Positions 9,067 through 16,235 of a stretch of DNA of 32,000 bases are shown here, piece after piece (the first letter of the stretch is position 1; every line of letters starts with the position of its first letter). The notes under the pieces were generated by a model. It was given only the letters and a program-made list of their open reading frames with translations. It searched no databases and was not told where the DNA came from. The position numbers and the translations under genes are program-made. This DNA comes from Ferroglobus placidus DSM 10642 (GTDB taxonomy: Archaea; Halobacteriota; Archaeoglobi; Archaeoglobales; Archaeoglobaceae), in contig NC_013849.1 of the NCBI RefSeq assembly GCF_000025505.1, forward strand, positions 90,001 to 122,000, given 5' to 3'.

Positions 9067-9521
9067 TCCAGATTGTCTTCGAAATTTGAAAACCTTCTTC
9101 CGCAGTATTCGCAGACTGCAAAAAGCGTACTCTTTTTAACTATTTTAAACTTGGGAGTTATCGGTTCTCTCTCAGCGTTGCTTATGCAGTTTCTGTTCGG
9201 ACATCTTAATATACCTTCCAATTTTTCTGGAGGAGTTACCTTGAATTTTTTCACAATTTTGTAATCCTTTATTATGTTTATAGTGGCTCCCGGAGCTATG
9301 AGCGCTATTTTGTTCAGCTCTTCCTCTCCGAGAAACTTTCCCTCAACTTTCACGATGTCTTTCTTCCCCATCTTCTTGCTCGGAACGTTCATTGCTAAGG
9401 AGACGGTCTCTTTGCTTCCCTTATCTATCCCGAGTATTTTCAAAACGAGGGGAGCTTTGCCAGCGTTAATGTGATCTATTACGGTTCCTTCCCTAATCTT
9501 GCTAATTGTCAGTTGCTCCAT
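9063..9521 (-). CDS. pyrI: Aspartate carbamoyltransferase regulatory chain PyrI
   Basis: 152 aa. It has the N-terminal ISKIREGTVIDHI motif and a C-terminal zinc domain with CPNRNCIS...CEYCGRRF (4 Cys). It overlaps the pyrB stop. Confidence 0.9.
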   Translation of the reverse strand: MEQLTISKIREGTVIDHINAGKAPLVLKILGIDKGSKETVSLAMNVPSKKMGKKDIVKVEGKFLGEEELNKIALIAPGATINIIKDYKIVKKFKVTPPEKLEGILRCPNRNCISNAEREPITPKFKIVKKSTLFAVCEYCGRRFSNFEDNLE

Positions 9522-10408
9522 TCTACCACCTCACACAGGATAGCCATCCTAACCGGAACTCCGTAAAAAGCCTGCTTATAATAAACAGCATGCTTCGTCT
9601 TATCAACATCGAAAGTTATCTCATCAACCCTCGGCAGAGGATGCATGATTATCAGATCTTCTTTGGCGTTCTCCAAAATTTTGGAAGTTATCACGTAGCT
9701 TCCCGCAACTTTTCTGTATTCTTCCTCGTCTGGAAATCTTTCCTTCTGAATTCTCGTAACGTAAATCGCGTCTACCTCAGAAATAATGTCCTCAAGGGCA
9801 ACTCTCTCTCCGCCAACTTCCTCAACAAGTTCTTCGGGAAGCATGAGAGTGTCTGGGCACACGTAGTAGATTTTCGCGTTGTAGAGCTTCAAAGCTTTCA
9901 CTAAGGAATGCACGGTCCTCGAGTACTTCAGATCTCCCACAAGGGCAATTTTCACGTTCTCGAGCTTCGCTTCTCTTCTAAGGGTGAAGAGATCGAGCAA
10001 TGTCTGTGTAGGATGCTGTCCGGCACCATCCCCGGCATTTATAACCGGAACGCTGCTGTTTTCGGCAGCAAACTTTGCAGCTCCTTCTAAGCTGTGCCTT
10101 ATAACTATGACATCCGCGTAACCGCTTATAACTCTTATAGTGTCAGCCAGATTCTCCCCTTTGGCTATGCTGCTCGCCTCTTGGGATGTTAGGTTCACCA
10201 CTTCTCCTCCGAGCCTTTTCATCGCAACCTCAAAGCTCATTCTCGTTCTCGTTGATGGCTCGAAAAAGAGATTCGCGAGAATTTTGCCTCTCATGATCTC
10301 CATTCTTTTTTTACCCTCTGCAACTGGGATAAGATACTCCGCGAGATTCAGAATTCGTTCAATATCGGATTTTGATAGGTCTTCGATCGAAATTAGATGC
10401 TTCATCAA
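9509..10408 (-). CDS. pyrB: Aspartate carbamoyltransferase catalytic chain PyrB
   Basis: 299 aa with the carbamoyl-phosphate motif FFEPSTRTR, plus HPTQ and HPLPRV motifs. Confidence 0.95.
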   Translation of the reverse strand: MMKHLISIEDLSKSDIERILNLAEYLIPVAEGKKRMEIMRGKILANLFFEPSTRTRMSFEVAMKRLGGEVVNLTSQEASSIAKGENLADTIRVISGYADVIVIRHSLEGAAKFAAENSSVPVINAGDGAGQHPTQTLLDLFTLRREAKLENVKIALVGDLKYSRTVHSLVKALKLYNAKIYYVCPDTLMLPEELVEEVGGERVALEDIISEVDAIYVTRIQKERFPDEEEYRKVAGSYVITSKILENAKEDLIIMHPLPRVDEITFDVDKTKHAVYYKQAFYGVPVRMAILCEVVEWSN

Positions 10409-10527
10409 AAGTAATTTTATTTCGGAATTAAAAACAGTTGCGACGCAGGTTTATCGCTCGAAGCATCGCGATCTCAATAAAGAAATTGTAATAAATTTTA
10501 GTAAATTTTGAAGATTTTTTATTTCTC

Positions 10528-10564
10528 AACGCAAAATTTTTAAAGATATTTCCGATTTTGCGTT
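10528..10564. promoter_or_regulatory. Perfect 10-bp inverted repeat (AACGCAAAAT-N17-ATTTTGCGTT) enclosing a TATA-like TTTTTAAAGATA and ending 1 nt before the ATG of the RHH gene; candidate auto-operator on a leaderless promoter
   Basis: Read directly: arms at 10528-10537 and 10555-10564, with ATG at 10566. The AT-rich loop is centred about 23 nt upstream of the ATG. Confidence 0.5.
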
Positions 10565-10565
10565 T

Positions 10566-11087
10566 ATGAAGGCTCCGGTTAGGGTGACGATCGCCCTCGA
10601 TAAAGATACGGTAGAAATGCTGAAAAATTTAAGAAAAAAGCTCGATCAGTCGCAAAGCGAGATAATTAGAAACGCTTTAAAATTCTACCACTCCCTTCAG
10701 GATTACGATCTTGAAAAGATCAAGATTTACGTTGAGATGTTGAGTGAAGGAGAACATGTTATTCTCGACATCGATCACTGGATAGCTTTCTTGAAATTCA
10801 TTGAATCGCATCCGAAAAAAGATGACTTCTGGGAATTTCACAGAAAAGTGGCGAAAAGTCATGCTGAACAGTTCAAAGATATGAGTTTCGAGGAAATTCT
10901 GAGAAGACTCGAAGCCTGCAACTTCTTTAGACTGAATAAAACTTCCGAAAAAGAGTACACTCTAATATTTGGAAATGAAGAAACAAAATTCTTTGTGAAA
11001 ACTTTTTTGGAGGAGATTTTCGGAGAAATTAATGTAAAAGTGAGAATTGGGGAAGATCTTGCGAAGCTCAGAATATCCATCGAATGA
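10566..11087 (+). CDS. Ribbon-helix-helix (CopG/Arc/MetJ-type) transcriptional regulator with a C-terminal domain of unknown function
   Basis: The N-terminus VRVTIALDKDTVEMLKNLRKKLDQSQSEIIRNALKFY fits the beta-strand/helix/helix pattern of RHH DNA-binding domains. Total length is 173 aa. Confidence 0.65.
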   Translation: MKAPVRVTIALDKDTVEMLKNLRKKLDQSQSEIIRNALKFYHSLQDYDLEKIKIYVEMLSEGEHVILDIDHWIAFLKFIESHPKKDDFWEFHRKVAKSHAEQFKDMSFEEILRRLEACNFFRLNKTSEKEYTLIFGNEETKFFVKTFLEEIFGEINVKVRIGEDLAKLRISIE

Positions 11088-11093
11088 AAAACA

Positions 11094-11099
11094 TTTATA
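11094..11099 (+). promoter_or_regulatory. TATA-box-like TTTATA about 27 nt upstream of the modB ATG (probable leaderless promoter)
   Basis: TTTATA at 11094-11099 and ATG at 11124. There is no Shine-Dalgarno-like purine run between them. Confidence 0.35.
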
Positions 11100-11123
11100 G
11101 CGTTCAGCCGATTACAACTTCCG

Positions 11124-11855
11124 ATGAGATCCCAGAGTTTACTGTATCTTTCCCTCGCGATACTTTTTCTCTTCTACGTACTTCCACTGTTATTTGCGCT
11201 TTTCAAACTCGATTTGAGTAAAATTTTCGTCGAGTTCGACGAAGTTGCGAGAGCAATATTCCTCAGCGTTACGACGGCAACTTTCTCCACTTTCATTTCT
11301 CTTTTCATTGGTGTTCCCTCCGCATACATCTTATCGAGAAGAGAGTTTCCCGGAAAAAGCTTTGTCGAAACTTTTTTGGACGTTCCGGTGGTAATTCCTC
11401 CTGTTGCCCTCGGTACGCTTTTTTTGGTACTGTTCTCGGAAACTCAGGCTTTTAGCGGAATTCTCTTCACGCCCTACGCAATTATCGTTGCCCAGCTTGC
11501 GGTTGTAACGGCTATAATTCTAAGGTTGATGAAAACCGTGTTCGATCAGATAGACGTTTCTTACGATTACGTAGCAAGATCCCTCGGCTACACTCCAGCT
11601 GAAGTTTTCCTTAAAGTTGATTTGCCTATGGCGAAAAACGGAATAATCTCTTCAGCAATTCTCGCATGGACGAGAGCTGCCGGAGAGTTTGGAGCGACGA
11701 TAGTTCTTGCCGGAGCATCTAAAAACGTTGAAACTTTACCGATATCCATATACCTCAAGCTTTCTGTAGCTGATATTAGCGGAGCTTTAATTTCGGTGTT
11801 CGTCCTCGTTGGGATAGGTATTGCTGCCGTAACTGCTATAAAGAGGCTGGGCTGA
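11124..11855 (+). CDS. modB: Molybdate/tungstate ABC transporter permease
   Basis: 243-aa protein with about 6 TM segments. It has an EAA-loop-like segment (ARSLGYTPAEVFLKVDLPMAKNG) typical of MetI-fold permeases. It is adjacent to a ModC-like ATPase and convergent with a ModA-like binding protein. Confidence 0.75.
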   Translation: MRSQSLLYLSLAILFLFYVLPLLFALFKLDLSKIFVEFDEVARAIFLSVTTATFSTFISLFIGVPSAYILSRREFPGKSFVETFLDVPVVIPPVALGTLFLVLFSETQAFSGILFTPYAIIVAQLAVVTAIILRLMKTVFDQIDVSYDYVARSLGYTPAEVFLKVDLPMAKNGIISSAILAWTRAAGEFGATIVLAGASKNVETLPISIYLKLSVADISGALISVFVLVGIGIAAVTAIKRLG

Positions 11856-12896
11856 ATGCTGAAGCTTGAGAAAATCTCGGCAAGGAAGGGAAAATTCGAG
11901 ATAAGAGATGTATCTTTTCAGGTAGAGGAGGGTGAAGTTCTCGCGGTTATAGGACCTTCCGGAAGCGGAAAAACGACGTTAATTGAAACGATAGTCGGTG
12001 TAGTTCGCCCCATCTCTGGTAGAATATTTTTAAAGGGAAAAGACGTCACTAATCTCCCTCCGGAAAAGAGGAAAATAGCTTACGTCCCTCAAAATCTCTG
12101 CGTTTATCCCTTCATGAGCGTTGAGGAAAACATAAGGTTTGGCGGAAGAAACATCAGCTTCGAAGAAGTGAGAAGAATTGCGAGAATGCTAAGAATTGAG
12201 CACTTGCTCGACAGAGAAGCTAAATCTTTGAGCGGTGGTGAGCAGCAAAGAGTTGCGATAGCAAGAGCTCTGGCAGCAAATCCGGAGGTTATTGCTTTAG
12301 ACGAGGCTTTTAGAGGTCTCGACATCTCAACTAAAGAAGGGGTGCTCTCCGAATTTAAGGAAGTCCAAGAGAATGAAAGGTTATCCGTTATCCTCGTAAC
12401 TCACGACTTCGAAGAGGCTTACGCTCTTGCCGACAAAATTTGTGTTATGAACGAGGGAAGAATTTTGCAGCTTGGAGACAAAGAGGATGTCTTTTTCAAT
12501 CCGAAAAACGAGTTCGTGGCTGAATTTTTAGGATATTCGAACGTTTTCGAAGGCTACGCTAACGGAAACGTCATCGAAACGGATCTCGGAATAATAAAAA
12601 CTTTTGAGCAACACACCGGAAAAGTGAAGGTTTACGTCCATCCGAGGGACGTGATGGTGGTAAGAGAAGGAAAACCCCTCAGGAGGGGAATTGAGGAGAA
12701 CATTTTCGAAGGAGTTTTGAAGGAGATTATTGAGAAGCCCAACAGCTCTTTAATACTTTTCGACGTTAATGGGGTGACGATTAAAGCTGAACTGCCAAAC
12801 TACGTTGTCGAAAGGTTAAGGCTGAAGGAGTTTTTGAATAAAAAGCCCGTCAGAATCTCTTTAAAAACGGGGAGGATTATCGTGATTTCTAAGTAA
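11856..12896 (+). CDS. modC: Molybdate/tungstate ABC transporter ATP-binding protein with C-terminal TOBE/Mop-like regulatory domain
   Basis: It has Walker A (GPSGSGKTT), the signature LSGGEQQRVAIARAL, and Walker B (IALDEA). About 110 extra C-terminal residues are consistent with a TOBE domain. The start directly follows the modB stop. Confidence 0.8.
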   Translation: MLKLEKISARKGKFEIRDVSFQVEEGEVLAVIGPSGSGKTTLIETIVGVVRPISGRIFLKGKDVTNLPPEKRKIAYVPQNLCVYPFMSVEENIRFGGRNISFEEVRRIARMLRIEHLLDREAKSLSGGEQQRVAIARALAANPEVIALDEAFRGLDISTKEGVLSEFKEVQENERLSVILVTHDFEEAYALADKICVMNEGRILQLGDKEDVFFNPKNEFVAEFLGYSNVFEGYANGNVIETDLGIIKTFEQHTGKVKVYVHPRDVMVVREGKPLRRGIEENIFEGVLKEIIEKPNSSLILFDVNGVTIKAELPNYVVERLRLKEFLNKKPVRISLKTGRIIVISK

Positions 12897-13715
12897 TTAG
12901 AGAGACTTCCATTCTTCCGGAAGCTCGAATTTTCCTCCGATTTTGGCTTTCGGGGCTATTTTCCTAACTTCCTCAATTTCAGTCAGATATCCCATTTCTT
13001 TGTAGATTCTTTTGTTTGAATAAACGAAGTTCAGGAAAGAAAGAGATTTCTCAAAATTTTTCGTGAATTTCATCACTGCTATGGGGATGTAAGCAACTCT
13101 CGGAATCTGTTCAGGTTTCGGGAATATCACTTTCAGATTTGGACTCCAGTCGTCAAAGACGTCCCAGCCGATTACCGCATCAACCGCTCCAGCTTCTATA
13201 ATAGAAGCGGTGTCGGAGCAGCTTTTTGTGAGAGTGACTACGTTCTTCTTAACGTCAAGCCCGTTGTACTCGAAAAGTTCTACAGCGTACAACCCAACGC
13301 AAACAGTGTTGGGATTTGCTATCGCAATTCTTATTCCGTCTTTCTCCAAATCTTCAAGCTTGGATATCTTCTTGGGGTTATCTTTTCTGACAACTATTAC
13401 TGGAATTAAGTAAGCGAGAATTTTTTCCGTTTCCTCGTAAACGGCTCCTTTCTCCTTTGCAAGCTCCATGAAATCGTTGGACCCTGGCAAATATACGTCT
13501 CCTTTTTTGGCTATTATAGCTTGAGTTAAAACATATCCAGACCCTCCGTAGATCGCTTTGACTTTTTTGCCGTATAACTCGATTATTTTCTCCAGCGGCG
13601 GGAGATTCGCTGATCCGGCGTAAACCAAAAGTTCGCTTTCCAAAGAAAAGGCTGAAACTCCGAGCAACGAAAAAGCTCCTACCGCCGACAGCTTTAAGAA
13701 ATCCCTCCTCCTCAT
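12897..13715 (-). CDS. modA: Molybdate/tungstate-binding solute receptor (ModA-like) with twin-arginine-type signal
   Basis: 272 aa. The N-terminus is MRRRDFLKLSAVGAFSLLG. The body resembles ModA-type periplasmic binding proteins (GGSGYVLTQAI...ANPNTVCVG...). Its start overlaps the chaperone stop (ATGA, 13712-13715). Confidence 0.75.
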   Translation of the reverse strand: MRRRDFLKLSAVGAFSLLGVSAFSLESELLVYAGSANLPPLEKIIELYGKKVKAIYGGSGYVLTQAIIAKKGDVYLPGSNDFMELAKEKGAVYEETEKILAYLIPVIVVRKDNPKKISKLEDLEKDGIRIAIANPNTVCVGLYAVELFEYNGLDVKKNVVTLTKSCSDTASIIEAGAVDAVIGWDVFDDWSPNLKVIFPKPEQIPRVAYIPIAVMKFTKNFEKSLSFLNFVYSNKRIYKEMGYLTEIEEVRKIAPKAKIGGKFELPEEWKSL

Positions 13716-14194
13716 TCTTTTCCCTCGAAAATTTTCTCAAGCTCTTCGGCAGCTAAATCGTATACTTTCGAGTGCTTTTTAACTCTTTCTGTAAACTTGA
13801 AAATCCACTCTTTCATTCTATTGAAAAATTCCTGATCGTCCGTTAAAGCTAAAAATTCGAGCTCAACGCTCACGTGATCTGGAGGTTCGCTTAAATAAGT
13901 ATATTTTAACCCCCTACTTTCGTAAATTTCCCTAACCTCGACTGTAGATTCTCCGTAAACGAGTCCCTCTCTGTAAAACGACTCGTAGGGATGACATTTG
14001 AGGGTTGGGTAGGAGCTTACGAAGAGTCTCGTATACTCCGTCTGGAGGTCTTTGAGACTCATCTTTGTTAATTCTTCGACGACATGGGAGTATTCGGGAA
14101 TTTCTTCCACAAGTTTTCTCATTTCATTTATAGTTTCTTCAGTTGGGAAGGAAAAAATGAGGGAAAAGAGTTTGAATATCTTTTGCCTCTTCAT
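13712..14194 (-). CDS. TorD/NarJ/DmsD-family molybdoenzyme maturation chaperone
   Basis: 160 aa with family hallmarks: EYTRLFV (E-x3-LF) and EPPDHVSVELEFL (EPxDH...L). Confidence 0.75.
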   Translation of the reverse strand: MKRQKIFKLFSLIFSFPTEETINEMRKLVEEIPEYSHVVEELTKMSLKDLQTEYTRLFVSSYPTLKCHPYESFYREGLVYGESTVEVREIYESRGLKYTYLSEPPDHVSVELEFLALTDDQEFFNRMKEWIFKFTERVKKHSKVYDLAAEELEKIFEGKE

Positions 14195-14195
14195 T

Positions 14196-15473
14196 TTATG
14201 CAGCCTCTGCTTTTTCGACCGGCAGCGCTTTTAGTAGGAAGAGAAGGATGAAGGAAATTACCGCAAAGACTCCGATCGTTATCGTTATCTCTACTGGAGA
14301 GGGCACGTAGTTCCAGTAGTCCACGAAAATTGGCTCTGGGTTCATCAGAGTTCCTCTCACCTCTCCTACCGCAATAGGATAAGCCCATTCGAAACTTTCG
14401 TAGCCGAGGATTACGGCAATTCTCGTCGGAATCAGGTTGTAGGCTGGAGGCATAAGCAAATATCTATGTGCCAATATTCCTAGATTTATTATCACGCTTC
14501 CGAAAACCAAGCCGGAGACCGAAGAATACCTCGTTGCCAAGATTATTATGCCAAGTATCAACAGGATCACTTCTGCTGCATGGATAGCCAAGTAGTCTCT
14601 GAAAACGAGCATCAGTGCATCGTACTCTTTCCCAGCCTCCCACCACCACCTCACGAGGAAGTCGTTGTAGTACATGAAAAGCAATCCAGCTGCTGATGCG
14701 GCTGAAACCTTGGCAAGCAATCTGTAAGTTTGTGCGAGTTCTTCTTTAAATCCGTAAACTATCAGCGAAGCCAAAATAACCACTGCAGGACCAGCTGTTA
14801 GCGCTGCAGCGATAAAAGTTGGAGCAAGTAATCCGCCGTACCACCAAGGTCTTGAAAGCTGAGTAGCTAAGACCCAAGCGGTGACCGTGTGGATGAGTAT
14901 GGCGAACGGCAAAGCTATTGGTGCGAGTATTTTTGCTTGTCTTTCCGAAGCTTCTCTTAGCCTTGCAAGCTCGTCAGCTTTCACGTCTCTTTTCATTATC
15001 GTTTTTCCGAATATCGTTATTCCTCTCTCAGCTATCCTCGGTCTGAGCTGGACGTAGGTGTAGATTGCTGAAAGGACAGCATAGGTTGAGAGAACGAGAA
15101 AGTCCCAAGGAAGCAGAGATTTGGGGTTGGGGTAGATAATGATGTTGAGGATTCTATCCGGTCTACCCAAGTCAGGCAAGACCATGAGCATTGCAGCGAC
15201 CGCAAATATAAATGCTGTTAGAGAAGCCACTGGCGCTATTGGTTTCAGCTGCTTGGCTCCGAAGATGTAGATTGCCGAAGATACGACAAGACCACCCGCT
15301 GCCGTACCGACGTAAAAAGCCCACATCGCTATGTAAAGACCCCAGCTGAACGGGTTTCTCATGTTTGTCACTATTAACCCCTTCTGGATCTGGTAGATCC
15401 AGGCGGCGAAGCCAATTATTGCAAGTATTCCGAGTATGAGCATCGCAAGATTATACTTCCTCATCAAACTCAC
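14196..15473 (-). CDS. NrfD/PsrC-type integral membrane quinol-interacting subunit of the molybdoenzyme
   Basis: 425-aa protein, highly hydrophobic with roughly 10 TM segments. Its position after the Fe-S subunit, with a 4-nt overlap, matches CISM NrfD-type anchors. Confidence 0.75.
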   Translation of the reverse strand: MSLMRKYNLAMLILGILAIIGFAAWIYQIQKGLIVTNMRNPFSWGLYIAMWAFYVGTAAGGLVVSSAIYIFGAKQLKPIAPVASLTAFIFAVAAMLMVLPDLGRPDRILNIIIYPNPKSLLPWDFLVLSTYAVLSAIYTYVQLRPRIAERGITIFGKTIMKRDVKADELARLREASERQAKILAPIALPFAILIHTVTAWVLATQLSRPWWYGGLLAPTFIAAALTAGPAVVILASLIVYGFKEELAQTYRLLAKVSAASAAGLLFMYYNDFLVRWWWEAGKEYDALMLVFRDYLAIHAAEVILLILGIIILATRYSSVSGLVFGSVIINLGILAHRYLLMPPAYNLIPTRIAVILGYESFEWAYPIAVGEVRGTLMNPEPIFVDYWNYVPSPVEITITIGVFAVISFILLFLLKALPVEKAEAA

Positions 15474-16225
15474 CCCTTAACCTCCTCCTTATAATCAACT
15501 TCTCCCCTCTTCGTTTTTCTGGCTGGAGGAATGTAGAAAACTTTAGGCTCAGTTCCGAGCTCCTCAAGCAATCTGAAAACTGATCTATCCCTCAAGATCT
15601 TCGAAATCTCGCTGTTCGGATCGTCTAAATCCCCGAAAACTCTCGCGTTGCCGGGACATCCCCTAACGCATGCGGGAGCAATTCCTTTGTCAACGAACTG
15701 AACGCAGAACGTGCACTTCTCCACCACTCCTCTCGGTCTCGTTTTGGTGTAAACAAGCCTGCCATCCTTGGTTCTGTGATCGAAAGGATATCCATGTTTG
15801 TAATCTTTGACAGCATACCAGTTCTCTTCAAACCCCGCTCTTTCGAAAGCTTGTTTGAAGTTCTCATCGGCATCCTGCCAGTTGAACTGCCTCACTCCGT
15901 AAGGGCAGGCTGTGATGCAGTATCTGCAACCTATGCACCTCTCGAAGTCCACCAAAACCAAGCCGTCCTCTCTCTTCCACGTCGCCCCTACTGGACAGAC
16001 TTTGACGCATGGAGCGTTTTCGCAGTGCATACACGGCACTGGAAGAAAAACTTCGGAAAGGTTTGGATATTCTCCCACTGGCACCATGTGCTCTTTCGAG
16101 CCTACTGTTTCAACTCTCTGCCACCATGTTCCCGGAGGGACGCTGTTCACCATTTTGCATATTACGGCACAGCTTCTGCAGCCTATACACCTGTTAAGGT
16201 CTATAACCATGCCGTACCTAACCAT
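15470..16225 (-). CDS. Four-cluster [4Fe-4S] electron-transfer subunit (PsrB/NrfC/DmsB-like)
   Basis: 251 aa with four Cys groups: CIGCRSCAVIC, CMHCENAPCVKVCP, CIGCRYCITACP and CTFCVQFVDKGIAPACVRGCP. A GGTGAG ribosome-binding site lies in the 10-nt gap after the catalytic-subunit gene. Confidence 0.9.
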   Translation of the reverse strand: MVRYGMVIDLNRCIGCRSCAVICKMVNSVPPGTWWQRVETVGSKEHMVPVGEYPNLSEVFLPVPCMHCENAPCVKVCPVGATWKREDGLVLVDFERCIGCRYCITACPYGVRQFNWQDADENFKQAFERAGFEENWYAVKDYKHGYPFDHRTKDGRLVYTKTRPRGVVEKCTFCVQFVDKGIAPACVRGCPGNARVFGDLDDPNSEISKILRDRSVFRLLEELGTEPKVFYIPPARKTKRGEVDYKEEVKG

Positions 16226-16235
16226 TTAACTCACC

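Noticed and set aside
10440-10480. GC-richer patch (GCGACGCAGG...ATCGCTCGAAGCATCGCGATC) in the pyrB/RHH intergenic region as a possible small RNA or riboswitch
   Set aside because: It has only short, imperfect self-complementarity (an ATCGCGAT palindrome and an ATCGC direct repeat), no convincing stem-loop and no flanking promoter/terminator pair.
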